From Minutocellus sp. GHC0000111 (lineage: Eukaryota): 64,000 nucleotides of DNA. Under the pieces are notes generated by a model. The model had not been told where the DNA came from. It ran no database searches and saw nothing but the letters and a program-made list of their open reading frames with translations. The position numbers were made by a program, and so were the translations under genes. The stretch spans positions 1,798,001 to 1,862,000 of the forward strand of contig OZ361257.1 of assembly GCA_977018835.1 (NCBI GenBank). The letters are read 5' to 3'. This document shows, piece after piece, positions 52,475 through 64,000 of this stretch; positions within the stretch are counted from its first letter, which is position 1; every line of letters starts with the position of its first letter.

Positions 52475-53141
52475 GTTGGGAGTCGATAAACACGATGCGC
52501 CAGCGCAGATAGGATAGATGCGTCCCGACAGGAAAGTGACTGGGTTCCAGGAAAGATGACGGCGGAGGAGGAGTGGCAGTGCAGTCGACCTTGGAGCAAG
52601 AAATGCAGCACGAGCTGTGCCGATTTTCACCTAATCCGGTTACCAAACGATCTCAAAGCAAGTAGATGGCCAATAAACAGTTCGTTACAGGAGGAAGACT
52701 TGCTGGTAATGCCAAGCACAGTCAATACCCTTCCACAACACATATGTGTGCGTTGCTTATCGATACGAGTATCATCACCGCCTTTGCTTTCGTTTCGCTC
52801 ACGATGCGTCCTACCGTCGTCCGATTACGTCGTACGAACGTAGAAAATAGCCACGAGCCGCCGGAGGCACGCACACTGCCCCTCTGCTGCTGCCCGCCTG
52901 CTGCTGCCTGCATGAGACAACAAATAAAATGGTTGGTCGCATGCTACATGTTACATAGCCTACACGTAGCTACGTAGATCTCCTTAGATATAGCGAAGCT
53001 TATAAAGCGCAGACATGTCTATATATTCTTGTTTTTGTTATAAACCGATTGTAAAAAAATAAAGAGAAATTCTAAATGAAACCAAAATAAATTTAAGAAA
53101 AAAATTCAGATGCCCCGCTGCCAGACCAAGCAGTGGTACGT

Positions 53142-54890
53142 TTAGGCCGTCCTGGCAGCCCGGGTATTCTGGAAGCGCGAGCGGCCGCCGTTGGTGGCAA
53201 CGTTGTTGCGGTAATCGGCCTGGGCATTGGCCGAGGCGTCCATGTGAGTCTTTGTTGTAGAGTTGCCAGCAGCTGCGAACTTGGCGGCAGCGGCAACCTT
53301 GATGGGCGACATGGGCATCGCCGAGACAGCCTCGGCCGCAAAGAGAGATTGGAGGAAGGTAATCTCGCTAGTGTCGAAGTTGGAGACGGCCGGGGCGCTC
53401 GGCGGAGGTGCAGCAAATGTAGGTGCAGCAGCGACGGGCTCGGCTCTGGCAAAGGCGGCGTTGTACCGTGCCGCGGCGGCGTGGCTCATGAGGGGTGGAG
53501 GTACGGCCATGGGCGTAGGCTCAACTTTGGGAGCAAAGGAAACGGTGGGAGACGGAGCCACGGCCTTGGTGGAGTCGTTCTCCTCCCTCATGTAGTCGGA
53601 GGGCTCATCGGCCAAGAGATCCTCGAGCATGGACAGGTCGAGGTCGATGTCGTCGGCGACACCGGCCATAACGTCATCGCCGCACTCGACGGCATCAAGG
53701 TTGAAGCTGTCAAGGCTGGAGTGAGAGTCCATGAGATCTCCGGAGGTCATGGATACCTGGCGATGGGTCGATCGAGCGACAGGAGTGATGCCGACGGGGA
53801 GAGGCTCAAACAGCATGTCATCGTCGAGGATGTCATCGGCCTCCGAGGTGGGCTGTCCGGCCTTGGTGGTGGTGGCCTCGCGCTTCTTGTTGGCGTTGTC
53901 CTTGTCGTTGTTGTTGTTGGCCTGCTTGTGAGCTGACGCCACCAGTTGAGGGTTGAGCTCGGGCAAGCTACTGGCACTGGAAGAGTTTCCGGTGGGAAAG
54001 GGAATGTCGCGCATGTACGTCATGGCATAAAAGTTGGGTTCCTGGTCGGGGTTGGCGGCGGCTCTTGTGCCGGAGCCCTTGACCTTCATCCGCTGGATGC
54101 GGTAGACCAGGTACTGACGGTGCTGCAGGAAGAGCTCGTGGTAGTACCCACCCTTGTCGGCTCCCCTGGAGATGCGAGTGAATCCGTCTGTAGAAGTATG
54201 AATCAATATGTATATAGAGGAAATAATGTGTGATATGAGTATTAATAAATAAATCTGAAAATATAAAAAGGAAAGAACATACGGATTGAGAGCAAGAAAC
54301 TTACATAGATTGAGCTGCCTCAAGAAGCTGGAATACTTCATCTTGCCAAAGTACACGGGCAACACGCATTCCTTGAACAAGTTGACGTCCTGCACCTTGA
54401 AGGCACGGCCGTGGGGTTGGAAGCAAACGATCTGACTGAGAATCTGACCATTGGGCACCCCCGGCAGCTGCCGATCGCGGCTGGGGTCGGCCGACATGGC
54501 ATCGTCGAGCATCCCATAGAGCTTGAGGGGGAAGAGGGTGGCGGTGCCTCCTCGGGTAACAAATACCGTGGTGGGCTGCTGCTCATTGGAAGTGCCATCG
54601 CCGGACGAGGGGGCAGGAACCTGGGAGTAGTCGTGGTAGTTGTGCTCGACCAGCTTGCGGACGTTGCCATGGGCCGTGATCTGGCCGTGCAGCTCGACCT
54701 GTGAGGGCGAGGAGCGTCTTTGGCTGCTGCGCGGACTTCTGGAGCCACCAGAAGAGGAGTAGGCATGCTCGTTGGCCACGACGATGTTGCCGAAGGAAGG
54801 ATATCCCGGCTCGGATTCGTTGGAAACTCGACGAGCGGCGGCGGCGGCGGTCGTCGTGTGGAAGGGAGGAATTGGTTGGCTGTGCTCCAT
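53142..54890 (-). CDS. HSF: Heat-shock transcription factor; 117-nt intron at 54188-54304
   Basis: FPLKLY.ML, FQPHGRAFKV, SSFLRQLNL|YGF.RI..G.DKGGYYHELFL and EPNFY. The GTAAG...CAG intron restores LNLYGF. Confidence 0.95.
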   Translation of the reverse strand: MEHSQPIPPFHTTTAAAAARRVSNESEPGYPSFGNIVVANEHAYSSSGGSRSPRSSQRRSSPSQVELHGQITAHGNVRKLVEHNYHDYSQVPAPSSGDGTSNEQQPTTVFVTRGGTATLFPLKLYGMLDDAMSADPSRDRQLPGVPNGQILSQIVCFQPHGRAFKVQDVNLFKECVLPVYFGKMKYSSFLRQLNLCKFLALNPYVLSFLYFQIYLLILISHIISSIYILIHTSTDGFTRISRGADKGGYYHELFLQHRQYLVYRIQRMKVKGSGTRAAANPDQEPNFYAMTYMRDIPFPTGNSSSASSLPELNPQLVASAHKQANNNNDKDNANKKREATTTKAGQPTSEADDILDDDMLFEPLPVGITPVARSTHRQVSMTSGDLMDSHSSLDSFNLDAVECGDDVMAGVADDIDLDLSMLEDLLADEPSDYMREENDSTKAVAPSPTVSFAPKVEPTPMAVPPPLMSHAAAARYNAAFARAEPVAAAPTFAAPPPSAPAVSNFDTSEITFLQSLFAAEAVSAMPMSPIKVAAAAKFAAAGNSTTKTHMDASANAQADYRNNVATNGGRSRFQNTRAARTA

Positions 54891-55814
54891 CTCGTGCTTC
54901 TTTTGGCTTGTGTTATTGAAGAATGATGGGTCTTGTCAAGAAAGGAGGAGTACAGTTGTTGTGCAAGCAGGGCCGGAAAAGTTTATCCGAAGTTCAAGTA
55001 AATTTACAGGAGTCACGATTGAGTTGAGCAGGTCGTAATGTTTGCCGTAGGCTCAATTTGTGCTGCGAATTTCTGTAAATATCGCGATGCAAAAGCAATT
55101 GAACAAAGGTTGAGCCGGGCCGGCGGGTGGATTAGTCCGTGAAATAGGCTGAACTGTCTCTTGATGAGCTGCTGAGTTGGTTTTTCTTTACTTGCTCAGC
55201 GAAGGCGTGCACGAAGATTGTGAGACGTCTACTGGACTGAAGCGCGGTAGTATGTGGCAGATGCTTACGCGTCGTTGCTGCGTCGATGTGGCAGTCACGT
55301 TGAAGCGGTGGGATAACAGGGCGCTGTGCAGTATTCGAGGCAAGACGGTAAAAGGAGCCTGGTGAAATATGTTAGAATCAATGTCGTACTTACGTCGAGT
55401 GACATTCGTCTGTGCAGTTTTTGGCAGCATTTTCGAAATGGAGCCTAATTTTGATCGTGATGTCCCGTCGACTTTCTGACGCGTCGGGGGCTGGGGGGTC
55501 GTGGCTTACGCGGATTGGGCAAGACCGAGGGGCAGATGATAGTTGAGGCCTACTTATGGAGGCAGGGCTGTAGTAAAAAAATCAACGGATGACGCGTCAA
55601 TGTGATTTCGAAAGTGGCCTGTTAAGTTTTGCCCTATTCACCACAAACGGCACCCCTATCTTCTTTCAAAGAGCCTGTCAGAGAGGGTTCTCGGCAGGGA
55701 GTTCGGAGTTGAGGTTTCTGCATCGAAATGAATGGGTTCTGAGCACAAAGTCAAATGAATTTTGGCTGACTCACCACACGTGGACTCACACGGCTCACTC
55801 GACAATCCCCAACA

Positions 55815-57803
55815 ATGATGATGATCCGACACGCCGGCGTCAAGCTCGTTGCGGCTGGTGTCCGACGGCAGCGTCGTCACCTATCAATAGCCGCCGCCGG
55901 TGTATCCAGTGCCGGTGTCACTGCTGCCTCGGCATATTACTACTTTTCGCCCCCAAACCAAAACTCGGCACAACATGTGCTGCTGGCTACTTCTCCGTCA
56001 GCATCCGCCCCTACATCTTCGACTTCCCCCACCGACCTCCTACTGCCAACACTGCAAGCTTCTGGCCGCGCCGTTAATCTCGTCGCAACGGTATGCGCCA
56101 TTGTAATGGATTACGAACTGGCGAAAGTCCAACGCTCGTTGCTCTCCGGTACGCCCGACAGCCTACTTCTCCCCCTTGGTCTGATTGGTCCACAAACAGC
56201 CGAAGAGGAACAAATGCTGAAATTGGAAGACGAGGTAACGCAATGTCGCCACGATCTCGAACGAGCCCAAGCGGAATACACTGGAAAGGGCGACGAAAAT
56301 GCCGCCAAGCGACAACAGTCCCAAGCGAAACTACGACAGCGAGTGCGGGATACAGCCGAGAGGCTGGCCGTCGCGGAAGAAAAGTTGGCGGAATGCGGAG
56401 GTGACTTGGCAGGACGGACCCATCGCAAGGCTGCCAACCGATTGCTCCAACTGTGCCGTGATAACAAGGGCGTGTATATCAAGGTCGGTCAGCACTTGGC
56501 CAATCTAGATTACCTCATTCCAGAAGAGTATATCACTACCTTGTCCAGTCTATTTGATGATGCTCCCGATACATCGATTCAGGATGTTCGAGAGGTCGTA
56601 CGAGAAGATCTTGGTGCCTATCCAGAAGATTTGTGGAAAGACTTTGACCACAAACCGATCGCCTCGGCATCTCTTGCGCAGGTTCACGTCGCATATGATC
56701 GCACCACTAGCCAGAAACTCGCCATCAAGGTTCAGCATAGAGGATTGCGCGAAACCAGCCGTGGCGATATATTTGCTCTTGAGCTGGTCGTCAATGCATT
56801 GGAACGACTATTTCCAGAGGAGTTTTGCTATGGTTGGATCATGGAGGAGATTGCACCACAGCTACCAAAGGAGTTGGATTTCCGCAACGAGGGGGCAAAC
56901 TCGGAAAAGGCTGCTCATCATCTAGCGCAAGCCAAGATCAATTGCGTGGTACCCAAGGTTCACTGGGAGCAAACGACCGACAGGGTACTTACCATGGCGT
57001 TCGAGGAGGGTTTTCGAAGTACCGATGTTGATGCCATCAGGAGAGCTGGACTGAAAAAACATGATGTTGCCAAATTGGTATCGTCTGTCTTCAATTCGCA
57101 GGCTCTCCTTAGTGGCTTTGTACATTGTGATCCACATGCTGCAAATGTGTTAGTACGAAAAGACGAGAAGGGGAAAGCTCAGCTTGTACTTGTAGACCAT
57201 GGTCTTTACAAACAGCTCGACGATGATTTTCGGTTGAACTACGCGCAATTGTGGAAAGCATTGATGCTTGCGGATATACCGGGAATCAAAACAGCGTGTG
57301 CATCTCTCGGCATTGGTGATATGTTTCCTTTGCTTGCGGCAATGTTGACTTCTCGGCCGTTCGACGAAATTGTAGAGCGATCGAAAAGCGGTGCTCTTGA
57401 AGTTAGTAGCAATGGCTCGAACGCTGGATCCGGTGGAGGAGATAAGGCGATGATACGAGGCTATGCTCATAAATTCATCGTTGATATCCTCGAATTGCTG
57501 GACAACGTTCCTCGGCAAATGCTGTTGCTGTTCAAAATGAATGATTGTCTTCGTCATATCGATCACGCACTAAACAGTCCAACCAACACTCTAGTGACTG
57601 CTGGGACCTATGCAGCCCGAGCTGTTCGCGAAGCTGAAATAGAAGGAGTACATGTAGCGCCTGGTGTGGGAAATGGAAATAAAAACGTTCAAAGATTGGA
57701 TCTGCAGAAACGTTTACGAAGCTGGCTGTCCTATAAGAAGTTGATGATTAAGATTGGTCTGTACGAGTGGATGTGTTGGGCGCGGCGAGGATTGGATAAG
57801 TAG
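55815..57803 (+). CDS. ABC1/UbiB atypical protein kinase (ADCK1-like)
   Basis: N.GVYIKVGQH, PIASASLAQVH.A, AIKVQ, ELDF..EG.N, FVHCDPH.ANV and LVDHGL. Confidence 0.95.
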   Translation: MMMIRHAGVKLVAAGVRRQRRHLSIAAAGVSSAGVTAASAYYYFSPPNQNSAQHVLLATSPSASAPTSSTSPTDLLLPTLQASGRAVNLVATVCAIVMDYELAKVQRSLLSGTPDSLLLPLGLIGPQTAEEEQMLKLEDEVTQCRHDLERAQAEYTGKGDENAAKRQQSQAKLRQRVRDTAERLAVAEEKLAECGGDLAGRTHRKAANRLLQLCRDNKGVYIKVGQHLANLDYLIPEEYITTLSSLFDDAPDTSIQDVREVVREDLGAYPEDLWKDFDHKPIASASLAQVHVAYDRTTSQKLAIKVQHRGLRETSRGDIFALELVVNALERLFPEEFCYGWIMEEIAPQLPKELDFRNEGANSEKAAHHLAQAKINCVVPKVHWEQTTDRVLTMAFEEGFRSTDVDAIRRAGLKKHDVAKLVSSVFNSQALLSGFVHCDPHAANVLVRKDEKGKAQLVLVDHGLYKQLDDDFRLNYAQLWKALMLADIPGIKTACASLGIGDMFPLLAAMLTSRPFDEIVERSKSGALEVSSNGSNAGSGGGDKAMIRGYAHKFIVDILELLDNVPRQMLLLFKMNDCLRHIDHALNSPTNTLVTAGTYAARAVREAEIEGVHVAPGVGNGNKNVQRLDLQKRLRSWLSYKKLMIKIGLYEWMCWARRGLDK

Positions 57804-58708
57804 ACTCTAGCTAGGTCTATAGATCTTACACACGTATTGCCATGTTGTTGCTCTAAGGATTTGTTCTGTCTGATCGCTACCTCTAGAGACTGCCTAGCTA
57901 CGTAGCTATAGATGTATTATGTATTTTCTACCATGTGAGTGCACTCTCCAAAGTTTCTCCAAGCAAGAGAGCAAGCAAATCAATCCCAAAACGAAAGTTC
58001 GGGTTTCGCTTGCGTGCTGCTTGTGTGTCATCAGCAGCAGCAATTTTTTTGACGAGCAATGCGGCCTGCTTCGGCTTCGACGATGTTCTTTCGAGACGGC
58101 ATCGACGTTGTAGAAAAAGCCGGGAATCCTAAAAGACGCCCCTTCCTTATGAATACTTATTTTATCACCCAAAAGGCATAATTATTTCCAAGAGGCATCT
58201 CAGATTCGACGAAGAAGGTTCTCTAAAAAGCCTTATTGATTTCTCGTTCTAGCGCGTCACCACAGAATTCTGGACAATAGCCCTTGACAAAACTCGACAC
58301 CGTTGTGTACCTAGTAGGTAGCGCTGCAAGGCAGGAATCGTTCCAACATTCAAAACCTCTTCCCCTGCACAAATTCTTGATCACCCGTCTGCTTTTTTTG
58401 CTTTCCGTTCTTGTGTGCTTTGCAGTCTGATACACAACCCAATGAGAACGAGAATCGTTTAGTAGGATAGCGTATACTCACACAAAAGCACTCACCTAAA
58501 CAACATATCCACCACCATGTGTCTTTCTCATGAGCAGGAAAAGAACAAACGAAACAGAAAGGGCAAAAATAGCGCGACGAAAGCGCGACGAGAACCATCG
58601 GCGGCGAAGCAACGACAAACGGCCGTGAAGGTGTCCATTGGCCGCCAACATCACCAATCCGTCAAATCAAGCCACAAAAAGAAGCCAACAGCAACGACGA
58701 CGACAGTC

Positions 58709-60488
58709 ATGCATGTCTACTCGTTGACCAGCATGGATATCGACGCTGCCGGCAAAGATACGGCTCTCCCGAACTTGCCTTGCGGCTCAGACTCTGCACC
58801 TCTACCATCCGAACCAAGCACCCAGCAACGCAAGCGGTCAACATCCGAGTGCAGCTGCACTGTCCACAAGAATTGCAACAGAAAGCATCGATACGTTGTG
58901 AGCCATGACTATCATGATCATGCATCGTCTCCATCGATCGACGGCATTCTCTCCATGAACAACGACGACGGATATTTCGATGACGATGATATCTACCAGC
59001 CAACACCGGCCCAAGTCATGTCTACGACTACGACCAGGAGTTCTCATTCAGGATCGAAATCTGAGACCTTTCCCTATCGACTCTATAAAATGATTGAGGA
59101 TGCCCACGCCGCGGGCAACAGCGACATCATCCATTTCATGCCCCATGGCCGCGCATTCATTGTAGATGATCACGATAAACTCGTTGGCAAGCTCCTCGGA
59201 CGATACTTCAATCAATCGAAGTACGTCAGCTTCCAGCGCCAGCTGAACATATATGGCTTTCAGAAGTTAACAGTAGGTACAGATCAAGGTGAGTATATCT
59301 AGCTAGCAGGAGGGCTCTACATTGACTTGCATGTATGCATGGAAGCTCTATCAGTTCTTTATAAGCCAGTTGTACCTTACAAAGCTCTCTCCTTTCTGCA
59401 TTTGATATTTCGCAGGTGCCTACTACAACGAGTGGTTTCTACGAGGCAAGCCCGAGCTCTTGGGATCTATCAAACGAGTTCGAGTGAAAGGGACTGGCTC
59501 AAAGGGTGCCTACAACCCTGACAACGAGCCAGATCTATATCGAATAGGACCATGGCTTCCCGAGTTTGATGGGCGTGACATCGACATCGACCCAAGCATC
59601 GAAAAAGAAGCTACAATCACATTGTCGAATCACACCATGACATCCATATCTTCCGTCACCAGGAACAGCCAGTCGGACAGTAAGCCAAGCACACGCGGGC
59701 CCGCAGCAGTGGCATCTACCTTTGATGAGAAAATGCTAGTACCATCCAAAGTCGCCGTCCCTACTGACTTGGGGCTCGAGGCACTTATGGTAGCTGGCGA
59801 TGGTCCAAGCATCGTGACTCCCGTAGCAGGCACAAGGATCTTCGATGCAACGGGAAACATCAGTCTCCCGCCTCTTCCGCCAGTTGCCTCTGAAGTGTGC
59901 ATGACTTCCATGGCCAAATCGCCTAGTATCAGCCCAAATCCTCCTCCCGTTCCTGAGACGAGCGACAAGGCGCAGGACACTCTCGAATTTGAGCCAGTTC
60001 CTATTAAATCGGGAGACAAGACCAATTCTACCGATTCCTATTTCGATTAGAGCGCTGCTGGCATTGCACCAAGTGCATCGATCCCCTCCTCTTTGCATAC
60101 CTTCGCTCAAGATTGTCTCTCAAGGCAGCCATCGTCTTCCTTGTTTCGATCACCGTCATTTACTAACCTCTTTGACTCGTCTACTGCTGACAATAGGAAA
60201 CCTCGCGAGGTCAGTGCCAGTACCAAGGTCTCCTCCGTCAATGCAACAACCCAAGTCCCATCCGCCGAAGCAAGCCAAGATCTGGAGGACTGCGAAGACT
60301 GTAGCAGTATTTGTAGTGAGGAATCCGTCCAGAGGTTCCTTGAGTCTGTCTTCGATAACGACATGGCCGAAGCCAATCAAACTCCCAAGCCATCCCAACT
60401 CACCGCCTCCAGTCAAGTCACAGAAGAACAAGATCCGTCCAAGATTACTGTAGTAGACGGAAGTGAAATACCATATGCAGAAGTCTAA
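58709..60488 (+). CDS. HSF: Heat-shock transcription factor; intron 59289-59415; in-frame TAG at 60048-60050
   Basis: FPYRLY.M, PHGRAF.V, YFNQSKY.SFQRQLNIYGF, DQ|GAYY.E.FLRG and EPDLY. The same frame stays open from 60051 to 60488 after the TAG. The start is uncertain. Confidence 0.88.
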
Positions 60489-60653
60489 CGACTTTATCAA
60501 ACTATGTTCTAGTCAGGATATTGCAGAGGAAGTGTATACATGTAGTATGTATATTTTTGCATAAACACAAGACGATGAATCATATGAAAGGATATAAATA
60601 AAGCAGCACCATGTATATAGATCTAAAATGAAACAATTGGTCTTTGTCTTTCT

Positions 60654-61912
60654 TCAGTCGTTATCATGTAGAACAGAGTCCATGTAATAGAAACTCTCAC
60701 CCTCGAAGAAAATTCGGTCACCTTCCGAATGAGCCAACTGACAACCGCAGCATCGAACTGGTTTTTGAGCACCATCACCATTGTCGGGGGGAAGAGAACA
60801 ACAGGTGCATCCATCGACAGTTGGTTTATGTCTGCCAAGGCCGGCCTTCATACGCTTGGTGTCTTCCCTAGTGTTGCCTTCGCTGTCGTCATCGCCACAA
60901 ACGTCCAGCTGCATGTCCACGAGACGTTCCAGAAGGGGCTTATCGGAAGAATACAAGGGAGGTGGAGCTATATCCATGAGGGGTGAATCGCTGGAAGATA
61001 CCGCCGCGGCCTGACCGGAACCTTCTTCGACAATGGACTTGTCGGACGTACATGTAGCGAGCTCTGAAACATTGATGGGCGGCATGCTATAGAAGTCGGG
61101 CTCCTCTTCCTCGAACAGATACGTGCTCCTCACGCCGGTGTTCTTGATGCAGACCCTCGTGATCTGAAATGCTAGAGCCTCACACCCTTCAGGAAGCACT
61201 TGTGATGGTAGGCCCCGGCATCACGACCAAAGACGATACGCCGAAACCCATACACATTGAGCTGCCGTTGGAAGGACGTGATTTTGCTCTGACGGAAGTA
61301 GTGCGGTAGTATTTGGGCCACAAAGGCTTCAGGGTCATGGACACGAATCGCTCGTCCATGCGATAGCCAGCTGACGATGGAGGTCTGACCACGAGCCTCG
61401 ATGTCGGCAAGCATGTCAAACAACCGGACCGGGAAGGCAACTCGGCCGGCGTGCGAGTCATCGGGATCAGTTCCGTCGCCAAGGTCCTCCCTGCTTCCGT
61501 AGTCATCGGTGTATCGCTTGCGCTGCTTCGAGGTGGTCGACGAGCGGAAGGACCACTTCTTGCGGATCGTGGGACTCCTCGGAGATGGAAGTTTGGTGGA
61601 TCCAGTGGCGTCTTTTTTCGTCTTCTTGCCTGAAGAGGTCGCTCGCTTCGGCCTTGATTGATTACAAAGGGTCGACGAGGAGGCGGAGGATGTCTTCTTG
61701 ATACGACGACTGCTCTTGACGCTTTCAAGGAGGGCATCTTGGACATGAAAAGCGGTCGTGGACGAAGTTGGAGTGGCCTTTTCAGCCACTCGTTGGAGGG
61801 ACTGGCGCAAACTGGAGCGGCGAAGAGATGAAGAATTGTTGTTTTGCTCGTCTGGAGACGACGTTGGAGTCCTCGTCGCGAAGATGCCATGATTGCTGCT
61901 TTGGATGTTCAT
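60654..61912 (-). CDS. HSF: Heat-shock transcription factor with a 1-nt frameshift near 61185
   Basis: FPVRLFDML, IVSW..HGRA.RV and YFRQSK.TSFQRQLNVYGF...GAYHH..FLKG. It continues as 'CEALAFQITRV.IK.TG...EPDFYSMP' in the other frame (ORF 60654-61199). Confidence 0.88.
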
Positions 61913-62526
61913 CGTGATGTGCGGCAAGTAGAAGAATTATACATGATATCGATCATACCCGCAACATTACAGAGCAGCAACGTGTTTCTGCGCGCTGGGC
62001 CTCTCAACGAGCCGACCTCGTCGAAAAAGTTCAGGAAGCAAGCACGCACGTGCAGGCAGGTCTCTGAGCAGTCTTTCAAACGCAAATAGCGAGAAGAAAA
62101 GAAAATCGACTGATGGCAATATTACTTGGCTCGTTTCTTTTGCGGGCCAATCTATTTTCAAACGCATTTTCGTAAGAAAAGGAATGTCGAGGCGACGGCT
62201 AAAATATTCACAGGATCGTCACATCATGCGTGCAGCGAGATGTTCCAGACCTTGGGCTGACGTAAGGGACATTTCGATATCTGCTCAAGGCCTACGACAT
62301 TCGGCGGATTTTGCTGTGCGAACCCTATTGATTTGATTTGGTCTTTCCGCCGTACGTAAAGGTTCGCACTCGACTAAACGGAAGAAAATGGGCCAATCTG
62401 CTCGGATCCGGCAATCGATTCCAACATCGGCCAATGTCGTCGTCGACGCGCAAGAGCGAAAATTTGGGCCATAACGTAGCGAGGAGGAACACCTTTCCAT
62501 TTCTTTCAGGTTCGATAAAAGCTAAG

Positions 62527-63924
62527 ATGAAGGTCCAACTCGTCCCGTCGCTGGTCGTGGCGGCTACTTTCGCCGTCTCGCCGGCCCACGCCCAGAAAAA
62601 TCTGCGCCGTCTCGATCCCAACAACAACAACAATGGTCAGAAGAAGGGACACGTATTCAAACCCATCAAGGAAGGCAAGGTCGTCAGGGGTCATCCCGAC
62701 GCCCCGGGTCGCATCAAGAACTCCTATCTCGTCGAACTCAAGGGATTCGACGTCTCCGATACCAGCAACTCGTACCGTCATCTGAAAGAAGAGCAGTGCA
62801 ACTTTGACATCTTCAAGGCCGAGGTTGAAGCCAAGTGTGCCAACTCCGTCCAACCCCGCGAGGGGGAGCCGGGCGTGTGCGACTACACCTTCAAGGGCAA
62901 CCCGAAGGCCATCGCCGATTGCTGCGAGGCGCTCGACGACGTCGCCCTTTGCGAGGAGGATGCCGAGGTGACGCCGGATACGCTCTCGTGGGGGCTGGAT
63001 CGTCTCGATCAAGACGTGGGTACCGACGGTACCTTCTTTATGCACGATTCTGCGTATGGGGATTACAACGGCAACCAGGCCTACAATGGTGAGGGTGTGC
63101 ATGTGTACGTCATCGATACGGGGCTTGATGGAACGCATCCCGAATTTGCCGGTAGAGTGAGCACCGGTAAGGATATTATTGCCAGCGAAATCACCCTGGC
63201 CGGCGTCGCCAATGACAGCTGCTCGCATGGCACTCATATCGCCGGAACTTGCTGCGGTGTCACCACCGGCGTAGCTCCAGGAGTCATCATCCAACCAATC
63301 CGCGCGCTGAACTGCGGTGGGAGCAACTCAAACATTAAATCAGCCCTCCACTGGGCAAGGAAGCGACAGATTGAGCACTATGCTCTCGCCGATGGGACCA
63401 TCCCCATGGGCGTTGTTCTCATTAGCTTTACTGGCGGATACAGCCGCTCTGTTGACAATCTCTCGAGGCGTGCCTACGAGGAGGCCAACCTCATTCCAGT
63501 CACATCTGCTGGGAATGATGGATCTACTGCATGCGGCAGGTCGCCAGGCGGTGCATCTGTGATCACCGTTGCCGCGTCAGACGAAAACGATCAGCGGCTA
63601 TCATACTCCAACTATGGATCGTGCGTGGACATTTTTGCCCCAGGAAGCAACATTTATAGTTCGCTTCCCGGTGGCGATTTTGGAATCGAATCCGGTACAA
63701 GTACCGCGGCACCAGCAGTCGCAGGAGCGCTAGCTCTGGTCATCGAGGAAAAGTTTTCGGACGTGGGAGATGGTTCCGACAATGTTGGAATAGGAAGCAT
63801 TTTTCAACGATTGAGAAACAAGGCCCTCGAAGGCAAGCTGTCGGATCTGGAGGGCTCGCCAAACCTACTGTTGAACATTCGATATCACAAGGAGTGGTAT
63901 GACAAGTGGGTGCTGGGACTTTGA
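62527..63924 (+). CDS. Secreted subtilisin-like serine protease (S8A, proteinase K/aqualysin type)
   Basis: Signal peptide MKVQLV..., prodomain, WGLDRLDQ, VYVIDTG (Asp), HGTHIAG (His), SAGND, SNYG.CVDIFAPG and SGTSTAAP (Ser). Confidence 0.95.
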   Translation: MKVQLVPSLVVAATFAVSPAHAQKNLRRLDPNNNNNGQKKGHVFKPIKEGKVVRGHPDAPGRIKNSYLVELKGFDVSDTSNSYRHLKEEQCNFDIFKAEVEAKCANSVQPREGEPGVCDYTFKGNPKAIADCCEALDDVALCEEDAEVTPDTLSWGLDRLDQDVGTDGTFFMHDSAYGDYNGNQAYNGEGVHVYVIDTGLDGTHPEFAGRVSTGKDIIASEITLAGVANDSCSHGTHIAGTCCGVTTGVAPGVIIQPIRALNCGGSNSNIKSALHWARKRQIEHYALADGTIPMGVVLISFTGGYSRSVDNLSRRAYEEANLIPVTSAGNDGSTACGRSPGGASVITVAASDENDQRLSYSNYGSCVDIFAPGSNIYSSLPGGDFGIESGTSTAAPAVAGALALVIEEKFSDVGDGSDNVGIGSIFQRLRNKALEGKLSDLEGSPNLLLNIRYHKEWYDKWVLGL

Positions 63925-64000
63925 GCTGAAGACCAACAAAACAATTTATATCTTGAATGATCCTCTAGCTAGTTGGAAGACATGCAGCGGTGCATGAAGA

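Noticed and set aside
54188..54304. Apparent transmembrane segment inside the HSF DNA-binding domain (membrane-tethered HSF)
   Set aside because: It is a stop-free 117-nt GT-AG intron translated by the ORF finder.

Overview
Eukaryotic nuclear DNA, very probably from a diatom: it has ASAFAP/VSAFAP-type bipartite plastid presequences, short GT-AG introns, an expanded HSF family and an MGDG synthase. The first 18 kb is dominated by DNA transposons. (i) A defective Chapaev/Transib/RAG1-fold element (~1390-6541) whose CAC-type end sits inside an HSF gene. (ii) A full-length Kolobok element (13857-18074; 17-bp TIRs, TTAA target duplication, DDE transposase plus a convergent OB-fold/KolX gene). (iii) A near-identical truncated Kolobok copy in inverted orientation (8468-11603). 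The two Kolobok copies form a ~3.1-kb-arm inverted repeat around a SET-domain pseudogene. The rest is gene-dense: an intact SET paralog, desaturase, GATase-methyltransferase fusion, GtrA, SatP/GPR1, MGDG synthase, ferredoxin, FG-GAP propeller, EF-hand/coiled-coil protein, aminotransferase, deaminase-domain protein, Cys-loop ion channel, periplasmic-binding-protein homolog, RCC1, three more HSFs, ABC1 kinase and subtilisin. The best candidates for undescribed biology are the head-to-head Cys-loop channel / membrane-anchored solute-binding-protein pair, a possible CARF-like domain fused to a cytidine deaminase, and the OB-fold-KolX fusion. Many genes here also carry frameshifts, stops or deletions. 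All family calls come from motif recognition by eye; no database searches were run.
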